DNA from: Selaginella moellendorffii
Lineage: Eukaryota; Plantae; Lycopodiophyta
Length of the DNA stretch: 64,000 bases
Reading direction: 5' to 3'
Assembly (NCBI RefSeq): GCF_000143415.4
Contig: NW_003314270.1
Span: 1,357,048 to 1,421,047, forward strand
In this document: positions 23,649 to 35,200 of the stretch, piece after piece
How positions within the stretch are numbered: the first letter of the stretch is position 1
Layout of the letters: each line of letters starts with the position of its first letter
Translations under genes and position numbers: made by a program
Notes under the pieces: model-generated
What the model was told of the DNA's origin: nothing
Seen by the model: only the letters and a program-made list of their open reading frames with translations
Database searches by the model: none

Positions 23649-24456
23649 GTGGCCATATGGAGTTTTGCTCCGAGCTCCTGGAGCCACCCGGCTTTTCTCT
23701 ACGACCCCGAGATGCCACCATCGCTGGAGCCGCTCAAGCCATGCCAGATCAAGAGCATCGAAGCCCTGGGCTTCATCTCCATGTTCGAGCTTGGCCTGCG
23801 ATGGAGTTGTCGTCCGGCGAAATTTAAGGTCCTAAAACTCCATCACGATGTTGATGCCGGCGCTGTGAGGACTGATGTTCAACGGCCCGTGTGGCGGAAC
23901 CGGATATCCACCGGCCACCTTCTTCTCGCGGTTCCGTCCAGGGCGCTGTTGGAGTACGATGCGCTGGAGTGGATTGTGGATTACAAGGACTACAAAGGCA
24001 TGCCAATGACGTTGTCAGTCAGGAAGCTGGTGACGGCTTGTGCTTCCAGGAGACGTGATCCTGTGAAGGAGCTGCAAGACGCAGATTGCGTGGTGGTGGA
24101 TCTCCGGGGTATAGCAAGGTTGGGCTCTTTTTTCCGGAGATGCTGTACAGCGCTTGTAAGAGATGACAAGCAAACTTGAGCCATGGAGGCTCCACCCGGA
24201 GATGAGAGTCGCAGCTGGTGAGGTCTTTGACGATGATTTATGGGACGCGCTTGGTGTTGAGGGCAAGGTCACCAAACATGCTACCATATGCGAGGTGAAG
24301 GACTTTGGGGGCACTGTGGAGATGATACTACTTCCTGCTAGTGACGAAGGTGCGCAAGTCACAAGCACCGAGGCTGAGAAGTGCTCAAGAACAGACCTGC
24401 TGAGTGAATCCATGGCCTTTGTGATTAGTTTTGATGTTACTTCAGGTTTGTGTTAG
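23649..24456 (+). pseudogene. Hypothetical protein, divergent from NEMF, split by a frameshift near 24170
   Basis: Two overlapping GC-rich ORFs (23649..24179, 24163..24456) with coding-like composition, plus a local duplication of the TEAEKCSRTDL segment. No recognisable domain. Confidence 0.3.
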
Positions 24457-27400
24457 CAACAAAGGCACAGAAGTCACAGAGGCGAAGAAGTGCTCAAGAA
24501 CAGACCTGGTAAGCTCCATGCCGTTTATGATTAATTTTCATGTTGATGTTGGGCACTTCAGATTTGTGTTAGTGATAAAGAGCTCTCTAGCCAGCCTTCC
24601 TTTGAACAACTCTTTTCAGGGTTGAAGGACGTTCTTATGTTTGCCGCCACGCATGGACATATAAGGGTGTTCATTGGTAAGCAGATTTCTAGTTTTCACA
24701 TTCTTTCTTTATATTCAGCAATATTTTATAAAATATTTTTGAAGAAAACCACCTTGCACAAAATGGTAACATTGTGTCAGAGCTACAGAAAAATAGGAGG
24801 TCTCTTATCGATGATGTTTGGGCTTTTTTTTTCCTTTCGTTTTTTACTTATTATATTATATGTATAATAAGGCAATTACATGAGAAAATACTTGTTTCAG
24901 TAGATATATTATCAGTTGCCTTGGGAAACTCTTTCTCATATCTTCATGGTCGTGGTGAGTTGTATAATATATTATATTATGCTAATTTTATTGGCATTTG
25001 TTTTCAAAGGAATAAATAAACTAGAATATCAAGTCTGGTTGGACGATTACCTTGCATTTTATTGTCATTATTCAGTGTAAATAGTTTTTATTTTTATTTT
25101 CTCTTAATATATTTTATATTTAGGACAAGGGATCTCACAGAAGAAATGCCCCTTGGAGCACATGGTTATTATATTTCCATCAAAACTAAAGGATCTTGAG
25201 ATAATCTTTTTCGTTGCCACACTTGCTGTGTGCAGGGCTTTAGCATTTCAGAAGAAAGTCCATATAGAATGTAGGGATGAATTTGGGAAAACTATTGTAA
25301 AAGTATAGTATAAACTTTCACATTATACATTAATAAGCTTTAGTGGATTTTGACTTTAACTAGAATAGATACAGTTATATAATTATTAAAACAAACAAGT
25401 TCAAAAATAATTTGCTGAGTTAATAGTAGCTAAATTATTTGTTGTTAATCCAAATGATCAATTAGAAGTTTATAGTTATAGGTGCATATTGCTATGTGTT
25501 GCATGTAGCAACGCTTGGTTTGTAATTTATACACATAAGATTAATCTTATTGTATATCAACTTTTAGATGATAAAATAAAAAATAATATAGTAGAAAGGG
25601 TTTAAGAAAGCTTATAAATTATAAATATGTTTATAAATTATAAATACAAGACTAACCTAAATGAATAACAACTGTTAGATGGTAGAATATCCTAGAATAT
25701 CCAAGCATATTCTAGGTATAAGGTTTGCTTAAGCAAACCAAAAACAAAAATTATTCTTAGTGCATAATAACCATTATAATAAAATGTTAATGAATTATAA
25801 ACATGTTTATAAAATATAAATATAGATTTAAATAAAAAATAAAAATTAAATGATAGAATATCCAAAATATCCAATTACATTTTAACCATCTATTGGTTTG
25901 CTTAAGTAAACCAAATATATATGATAATATTAAAATCTAGCTTTTATATGATAGCATTCACTATGTTTTATATTTTAAATTTGTACAATATATGTTCACT
26001 TATAATGCCATACTCACATATCATGAACACGACCTGAAAACAATAAATGTAATTTGACTCCTAAAAAAAAAACACAATTAATGTCTAATTCAAGTTCTTG
26101 ACAAGAATGCAAGTGTGAAGTTTTTTATGTGCATGTAAAATTCACAACACTCTTTTGTATTTCTAGGCATCAGGAGATTGAGTGCTTTTCTAGAGTTGGT
26201 GATCAAGATGGCCAGATCTTGCATCATATCTCTAGCTCAAGGCAACCAAGCCAAGTATTGGATAGCAACAACCTCTCATCATTTTGAAATGAACTGAAGG
26301 TGGTGGTGTGGTGGTTTTAGATTGATCTCATTGCTATGGCATTAGGCATCTTTTAATATTTTGTGAATAAAACTATAATTATAAGAAAGTATTATACACA
26401 CTATATATTAAACAAGTAATTTAGACTGTCATTATGTAAACTGCATACCAAACTACTTAACAAACTATGAAATAAAACTGTTATATAAAATACATATTAG
26501 TTTCACATTTTTTAAAAATCAAAACTCATATAAGTTTTAAACATGAGTAAAAACAATAAAACTTATATAAAAACTATATCATATACCTTATGGTGGTCAT
26601 AACTCTCCACTCCACATACTTCACGACTTTGAACTCAATCAAAGCCATGACTTCTCCTCGTGTCCAATTACTTTTCCCTTAGATCTCAGCCAGACTCCTG
26701 TTTCAAAGCTCACTTAAAATCCCAAAGTGATTAGCTTGAAAATTAGAATGTTTGAAACTAGAACTGGAAATAAAAACTCTTCCTCTAGAACTAAAACTGG
26801 AACTAAAACTAAAACTAAAAGTAGTGAGTGTGGTGCCAAGGATAGAATCTCAATGAAGGCCTAAATCAATGATCCACTTGTGGAAGCAATTGCCCAGGTA
26901 GATAGAATGGAGATTTGTGCAGGCTGAAAGGATCTCAATGAGCATGATGTGATTGGGAGGGATTCCATCAGCTTGTAGGGGTCATTTTTGTAAGTGTATG
27001 AGGGTTGTGTACATTCCAACTATATTGGATGTGGGTAGGAATACTAGATGCTTTAAAGGGGAAAACTTTAAAGGGGAGAACTTACTATATGACTAGAGTG
27101 GCTTTCAGCCCAAGCCAAAGCATAGCTCTCTTCAGCATGGCTCTTAGGAGCACTTCCCTCACCATGCAAAATTGCACTACCACAGCCAAATCTAGTGCCA
27201 CAGCTGTGCTTGAATCAACTGCACCCACTCATTAGTTACTTAAGTTAAATTATGTTATATATAGTTATGTAATATTTATGTGTGAAAGTAATCCACTTAC
27301 CATACTTTAAGATAAAAATTATATATAATGTTAAAGGTAGAAAAGTAAGTCAAATAATTCATATTTATTTTATATTATAATGTCCCATAAAGTATAAGTG

Positions 27401-27714
27401 TTTGCCAGAAATTGCCAACATAAGTGTTTTTAATACTAACTTGATTTTACAGAATTCATAAATAAAAATTAATATTTTAGCAAATTTATATTCACTTTTT
27501 TCAAAGGTATGTAAATTTAAAACCTTACACACTCAATAAATTTTTTAAAATGTTTAAAAAATAAATTTCAAATCTAATTTCATTTTTTATTAAAATGTTT
27601 TACATAGTTTCTAAATCAATATTTTTTATACTTTAAATTTAATTCCATAGAGCACAAGAAAATTTTAAAATTTTATTTATATCAATATGAAACTCAGACA
27701 AGGTCAATAGCTTT

Positions 27715-28158
27715 CCCCCACCCCCCCTAGGGGATGATTGCTTTAGGCTTTCACTTAACAACCTGTATTAGTATTCGAACTCAAACTCGGACTCGAACTT
27801 AGTCTCGGACTCGGTCTCAGACTTGGTCTCAATTTCGGTCTCAGTCTTGGTCTCGGTTCCATCTCGGACTCCATTTTGGACTCCATCTTGGGTCCATATT
27901 AAACTCCATCTCAGGTCCATCTTGACACTTCCATATGTCATATGTTGATCCTCATGGGTCCCTTTTCTAGAGACTCACTTACTGCTTGCTTCATGCTCAT
28001 TTCTTGAGCACTTTGTTGGAAGTTTCACTCCCACTCTCGATTGTCTAAGTTGGAGATTTTAGTCCAAATGTGTTACTTTTGTTTGGTTTCTGCTTTGGTC
28101 ACTACCACATGGCACCCTTTTAGCTCCACTTTTGGGGATATGGGATTTGTGTCTCACA
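27715..28158 (-). mobile_element. Truncated, diverged LTR of the same LARD-like family as 28824-36498
   Basis: Degenerate GGACTC/GGTCTC repeats followed by the family terminus ...GGGATTTGTGTCTCACA at 28158. Confidence 0.88.
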
Positions 28159-29834
28159 CTACCTTCTCTTGATGAGGTTAATGAGACTCAAAAGATTGAG
28201 CTATGGATTTGAAGGCTTTAAGATGGGTTTAAAAATTTTACATCACTTGTTGATGACTTACCATTTCAGCATTTACATTCTCAATATCACCTTGAAGACA
28301 ACCTTTTTTATTTTGTGGGGACAAATCCTAATGATCATTTACAATTGGTGGTGCCTTCAATATTTATTCCACAGTTTCTTTATGCTTACCATGATTCTTC
28401 TGTTCTAGGCAAGCATATAGGACATCGTTGTGTGATCGAGAAGTTGCACAAGTCTTTCTATTAGCCAGAGATACAACGTGATGTTATTCGGTATGTGCAT
28501 AATTACGTTTGGTGCCAAACTCATAATACTCCCCCTTGTGCTGCAAAAGGACAATTGGAATCAATTGCAATTTCCTATCCGTTTGAGTTTGTGGTATTTA
28601 ATCTTATGGGACCTTTTCCACAATTGACTATTGACAATGAGTATATTATTATTGCTTTTGACAATTTGACTCGTTGGGTGGAAGTTGGTGCTTTTACTAG
28701 TGCCTCTGCAACTATTGTTAGATACTTCCTCCTCAATTGAGTGGTGTTTCAACATTCTTGTCTAAAGAGGATTCTTTTGGATAATAATCCCGCATTTATG
28801 GCTGAGGCATTTCATGTGTTAGTTGTAAGCGACTAAATTTTCCATTCTACTTTAGTCACTTAACCACACCTCTGACCACTTGGAGGAGTCTCATTCACAA
28901 CCTCCATAAGTCCAATCCAGGACTTGGGACTTGCTAGCCCCGAGAATGGCATCCATGCCACTCAACCTTTGCACTTGGTCCAAGTGCTCCACGTGTCCGA
29001 TCCCATGACCGACACTCAAAGGTACCACCGACATGCCAGCCCGTTATGCTAAGGCCATGCCCAATCACCTTTGCCACACTGGTAGTCCATTACCACTTGC
29101 ATCACAGTCTTGGCTCTCCAAGACTGGGCCATCTGTCCACGAGGGGTCATCCTAGATCCACTCCTTAGCATCCTTAGGATGCCCACAGACCTGGGGAATC
29201 GCCTTCCCCAAAGTCCCTTTGTCAGTTCCTACCAAGTCCCTTTCTGCCCCTGGCCGTGTTTGCCAGCACTGCCACTGGATCGAGGCCCACAGGCCCGACC
29301 ACTAAGTCCCACGGTCCTCTGGGACTTCCTCACCACACGACTGTGTCCTTGGTCACACCCCAGGGGACTGCTCCTCTTCCTTTCCACAGTTTGGGCCTTT
29401 GGGACGACATTTCGGAACACCGTGGCCTTACGCGAGCCACCTGGGTACTCTCCCCACCTATCGCCTTTAGGTGCTCTAGCCATGGGCTTAGAGCGAGGTT
29501 CCATTGAGCCACGCCTGGTATCCAAGTAGGTAGTGCCACCCACACTTGGACTGGGAGCATTGGCCAGTCGATCTCCCGGGGGAACTAGAGCCGGCTCTTG
29601 AACACTTCACCAAGCTACCCCGCTTGTCGGTCTGTGTTCACTCTAGTCTTGGACTTCCCAGTGGGCAGCTCATCACCCAACACTGGGTCCGGCCTTCCTG
29701 GGCCAAACTGGCCTTTCCTGGCCAAACTGGCCTTTCCTGGCCAAACTGGCTCCACTGCAGTCCTCCCCCTACTATACTTCCAAACCCCCCAGGGTCTGGG
29801 AGATGAACGCTTTGGGCTTTCACCCTCTCAGGCT

Positions 29835-30390
29835 CCGGACTCGGACTCGGACTCGGACTCGGACTTGAACTCGGACTCGGACTCGGATTCGGACTCGGAT
29901 TCGGACTCGGACTTGGGCTCGGGCTCGGTCTCGGCCTCGGTCTCGGTCTCGGTCCCGATCTCGGTCTCGGTCTCGGTCCCGGTCTCGGTCCCGGTCTCGG
30001 TCTCGACTTCGGACTCCATCTCGGACTCCATCTCGGACTCCATCTCGGACTCCATCTCGGGTCCATCTCGGACTCCATCTTGGACTCCATCTCAGGTCCA
30101 TCTCGGACTCCATCTCGGACTCCATTTCGGGTCCATCTCAGGTCCACCTCGGACTCCATCTCGGACTCCATCTCGGACTCCATCTCGGGTCCATCTCAGA
30201 CTCCACTTCGGACTCCAACTCGGGTCCATCTCGGGTCCACCTCGGACTCCATCTCGGACTCCATCTCGGGTCCATCTCGGACTCCACTTCGGACTCCAAC
30301 TCGGGTCCATCTCGGGTCCACCTTGGACTCCACTTCGGACTCCATCTCGGACTCCATTTCGGACTCCAACTAGAGTACATCTCGGACACT
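29835..30390. repeat. LTR-internal satellite: (GGACTC)n - (GGTCTC)n - (GGACTCCATCTC)n; also at ~35680-36270, 40348-40835 and 46090-46730
   Basis: Directly visible hexamer and 12-mer arrays. Unit number differs between LTR copies. Confidence 0.97.
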
Positions 30391-31796
30391 CCCACGTGTC
30401 ATGTGTTGGTCCTTTTGGGTCCCTTTTTGGAGCCTCACCTTTTGCTCGCTTCGTGCTCGTTCCTCGAGCACTTCGTTGGGAGTTCCACTCCCGCTCTTGA
30501 CTTTTCAAGTCGGAGCTTTTGGTCCAAATGTGTTACGCTCGTTTGGCTCTCGCTTCAGCCACTACCATGTGGCGCCCTTCCGGCTCCACTTTGGGGCCTA
30601 GGGATTTTGTGTCTCACAACTCCACCACCCATAGACGAAGTTTGATGTCCTCATCGAACAGTAAACCCTTTCATAAAGTAACACCCACACGTGTTACCAT
30701 TTCCATCCTTGGCACCTAGCCAATCTTTGTCTATGGTTTGACATCAAAGGCTCACCATGCCTTGTCCATCCTTTAAGGAGCGTAGTCTCTCCAACTTAGA
30801 GACTTATTGGACCACATGTAATGGTTCTCTCTTTTTATTGGTTTAGTTCTCGCTAAACCTTTTAGAGACCCTTCTCTAAGTCAATCCCACTACTCCTTTT
30901 CGAGTAGTCTCAATTTCCATCGATATAACCTTTGCACTTTGGAACTTTGAATTTTGACTTCTTGGAGTCAATTTCCTAGGTGTCTCCAACACCTTGCATT
31001 GCACAGATTGTGCGACTCCACTTCCCTATCCTAGGAAGTTCATTACTTGAGGGCACCATCATCCTCTCTTCTATTTCGTGCCATCTTGGGCACTAAGTTC
31101 CATTTATCACACTTTGTGCTAGGGTTGTCCATCGCCCTATCATTTGGCTACCTTACCGTTCCCTCCCTTGGAGCTTCCACTTTCGCCAAATCGGAGCAAT
31201 TCGGAATCCCTCCTTGGAAACACATTTCCTTTCCCGCAACTTTTTAGCGTCCAACACATTAGTATTCCTCGCCTAACTTCGTCACTTGGATTCCTTCCAA
31301 GGGATTCCACGGCCCTATCTTGGCCACTCATCTTTTGCTCCTATCCGTTGATTGTTGCACCAAGCAACATCGAATCTGTACCTCCCTCCTTGAGGTATTG
31401 TTTCGGTTCCATAGCAAAGACTCTTCTTTGCCAAGTCCGGAGGATGTTCACCCCTAGTACGTCTCTTTAGCATCTTCTGCTATGGGCTCTATCCACGGCC
31501 CAACTTCGTGACCCTCCCATGGGTCTTTTATAGAGACTACTTTCCTCGGACTCACTATGCCATCGCACGGACATAGTTTATTTCCCTTAGGTGCTCTTCC
31601 CACTTGGTTATCATGACCAAGCCACACCACCTTAAACAGTTCAATTTCAACATTTTGAACCAGGAACTTCATTCCTTAGCCAACCAAGGACCTTGTCCTT
31701 TTCTGGCCATAAGATCACCTAGTGATCTCACCTTGGCACCTTAACAGAGTTGCCAAGAGGTACTTGGTTTTCTAGACCTCCAAGTTGTTGACTATA

Positions 31797-32215
31797 ACCC
31801 CGGGGGCATCCCCCACACTTGGCGGTGCACCCAAGCTAGCCCTTACGGCCAAGGGTTAATAGCAACTGAGATTAGGTGTCCCCATCTCACTCACCACGAC
31901 CTTGGTGCCACTTGCACCAAAGTGTTCAAGTTAGATATGCTGAGCTTTCACACTAAGCAATCTAACCGTGCATCACGACTCCGAGGCATCCCTCGCTTGG
32001 CGGTGTGCCCAAACCAGTCTCCCCACTGAGAGTCCATGACCACCGAAATATGAGTGTCCTCATATTCCAAACCATCACCATGCCCTAGTGATTTGGGACT
32101 CAAACCCAAGCACTAGAGGGTCGGGACTCGAACCCAACCTCCGTATATGCATCTACGGACGGCATCACACTAGATGCCTGGCGTGACTCCCCACGCCGGT
32201 GCACCAACCTATTTT
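31797..32215 (-). ncRNA. Putative conserved structured cis-RNA core of the LARD-like element (second copy 42240-42655)
   Basis: Dense perfect hairpins, two GGGTTCGAGTCCC T-arm-like stems, two repeated modules, and much higher B/D identity than the flanks. Function unproven. Confidence 0.55.
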
Positions 32216-35200
32216 TAAAGCGCGCTACAGATCACAGTTTAGGAACCTAGTTCCTCCACACTGCCAAGTCCTCTCACTTGACATGTCTGTGATCATGCAT
32301 GGACTCCTCCATGCTCGGCCCCATGGCCCACCCCTTTTGAAGTTATCACCTTCAACTAGGGTCTTTGTTCCCCCGACGTGCCAATCTCACTTGGCAAGTC
32401 CTCCGACCATTGTAACATGGTTCCTGCATAAGCGTGAAAGTCCTTGACCATCGACTTTCGTTCAAAGCCCTCTCTTTGAACACTCAGGAATTACTTCCCT
32501 AACCTTGATAACCTTGCCTCATGGCAAGCTTCAAGACCACGCTTCTGCTGCGCCACTCTGATTTCGCACGTTCCATGAACCATTTACACTTGGCCTTTCT
32601 AGGTACTACGCTACCTAGAATCGTCTTTGGGAACCTTGAAGGAACTCTGTCCTTCAGCTTGCTAAGGCCTCCCCTTTCGCAAGCTTTATAGTTGCCATAT
32701 AGTCTAACATGGACAATTCCATATTTTAGACTCTCCATGGCATCACGGTTGCTAGCAACAACATCCTCGAGCACCCTCTTGCTTCTCCACTCCCAACTTT
32801 CATAACCACTGTTGGATATGTCCTTTGATTTCTATGGTTCAGTTCCATCCCAATACTACTTGCCTTTGGCTTCACATCTTTCTTTCGGTCATTCTCCTCC
32901 AGACCAGGAGGATAGCTTTGCACTTTCTATCATGCCTTAGCAAGTATTCTTAGGGATGAACCTACCCAATAGCCCAGGGAGTGGTTCCTCAATCCGGGTA
33001 TGCTCAGCTTATAATCCCACACACTGGGATTACATTGTTGCTTATGGGCCTTTACATGCCCATCACTAGCCTTGCCAAAATTCCATTTTTGGCTTTGTCC
33101 AACTTGGGTAGACAGTCCTCTCCTGTCTCCGCAACCTTGGACATTTGGATAGCACCTTCTATCCATCATTCGCTAGGGACTTAGTCCCTTGGGCTTTATC
33201 CATTACCCTCGCGACATCAAACACCACCTTCTGGTGTTCTAGAGTGTTCGGGTGTCCCAATGATGGCTTTCTTGACAATGAGTATTTCCTTTTTTGACAT
33301 TGACTTACTATATCGCAACATAAGCAACTTATCCCCCGTAAGGGTATATCCGACTTCCCTATACTAGAAGTCTTGGGTAGCTACCTTCTACCCGTTTAAC
33401 TAGTTATTTTGCACCTCTTGCTTAGTTGCCTCATGGTTGTCAAGTCCTACAACTCATTGCTTGGTGCTTGCACACCTCCATCATTATCTGGGTCACCGCA
33501 CTCCAACTGCATGCTCTGCCGCTTAGGCTATGGCATTCCCATTTCCATTGGGATTCCTTTGGCAAGGGGTTCTCATGAACCCACCAACATAGCCTCAAGG
33601 TATCACACCTTGGCACATTTGGTGTCTCCACACCATCGGCTCCACGAGCCTACCTCTATGACATTTCCCTTTCGTGTCTAAGTCTTTGCCAAGACCAACA
33701 CCGCTCTTTCTCATGCCAACCATCCGTTAGCACTGCCCCATAGAGGTCATACACAACTTTATGTCAAAGTTGTTTTCTTCTGGGAACACCTTTCCCATAA
33801 CTTTAGCATGGCACATTTTGCCATCGATGAGATACCCTCTGTTCTCATCCTTGGATCCTATGATCCCCCCCATCCTTTGTGGGGTACAACACACCTCAGT
33901 CCAAATGCTTCCATCAGTCCTTTTAGGACCATCGCTTGACTCTACTTGAGTCATCCAGCAGTTTTGGACTTGGTTAATCCACAGACCCGTAAGGTCCTAC
34001 TTGTGAGGCACTAGCTCACTGGAATACCCTTCTTGCATTCCGGTCCTACTCAAAAGGACTATTTTCACAAGTGTTACTCTGACACTTGATTTTGTTATCT
34101 GGGGGCAACCTTTGCCCCTTAGGACTACTTGTCCATGTGATGAGAATACCAACTCATCCACTTAATACACCCCCAACTCCTTGGGTTGTTCCAGCATTTA
34201 TTAGAGGTAGCCCCGGCTACCATTTCAAGGACTTGAGTCCTCTTCCGTATTTGACCTTCCACGGTCATTACCTTTGGTCTCACATTCATGAGCACCAACC
34301 TCAACTATATGAGGATAATCTTGTGACTCCTTTATTGTTTTGGAGTCTCTATCTTTCCCGTGATCCCAACTTTAGTTGTTTACCACAACAACCTAAGCCA
34401 ATTTGCTGAGACAAATGCTCATCCGGATCACATCCTCAACTCAATGAGGAAAACCTTGCACTGTTCCCAAGATCCCAAAGTCGTTCCATTATTGGCCCTT
34501 TTCTATCCACCACCTCGTCTACAAGTTCACATATGAACTGTAATGGAGAGCCATGTCTTCCCGACTTGCTACTCCTTAAGGATAGGCCCACTCCTCGGAC
34601 CTTCCGATGCCAACACTAGTGGTGATATACTTGAGCACCAATAAAAGTTGGACTAAGGAACAGCTCCGATACCAAATTGTAAGAGACTAAATTTTCCATT
34701 CTACTTTAGTCACTTAACCACACCTCCGACCACTTGGAGGAGTCTCATTCACAACCTCCATAAGTCCAATCCAGGACTTGGGACTTGCTAGCCCCGAGAA
34801 TGGCATCCATGCCACTCAACCTTTGCACTTGGTCCAAGTGCTCCACGTGTCCGATCCCATGACCGACACTCAAAGGTACCACCGACATGCCAGCCCGTTA
34901 CGCTAAGGCCATGCCCAATCACCTTTGCCACACTGGTAGTCCATTACCACTTGCATCACAGTCTTAGCTCTCCAAGACTAGGCCATCTGTCCACGAGGGG
35001 TCATCCTAGATCCACTCCTTAGCATCCTTAGGATGCCCACAGACCTGGGGAATCGCCTTCCCCAAAGTCCCTTTGTCAGTTCCTACCAAGTCCCTTTCTG
35101 CCCCTGGCCGTGTTTGCCAGCACTGCCACTGGATCGAGGCCCACAGGCCCGACCACTAAGTCCCACGGTCCTCTGGGACTTCCTCACCACACGACTGTGT

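Noticed and set aside
29835-30390. Possible CRISPR-like array
   Set aside because: Continuous tandem repeats with no unique spacers, no cas genes, and a eukaryotic context.
29598-30508. Long SD/RD/SP/GL-repeat ORFs on both strands (also 35400-36388, 40125-41225, 45970-47002)
   Set aside because: They are by-products of the stop-free hexamer/12-mer LTR satellite, open in most frames at once and not frame-conserved between LTR copies.
32026-32070. Hammerhead-like string CTGAGAG...GAAA-hairpin in the LARD core
   Set aside because: The core is not CUGANGA, stems I and II do not pair, and it lies on the strand opposite the element's transcript.
30619-34677. gag/pol coding capacity in the B/D interiors
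   Set aside because: Only short ORFs with no recognisable capsid, protease, RT, RNase H or integrase motifs. A very decayed ORF cannot be excluded without a profile search.
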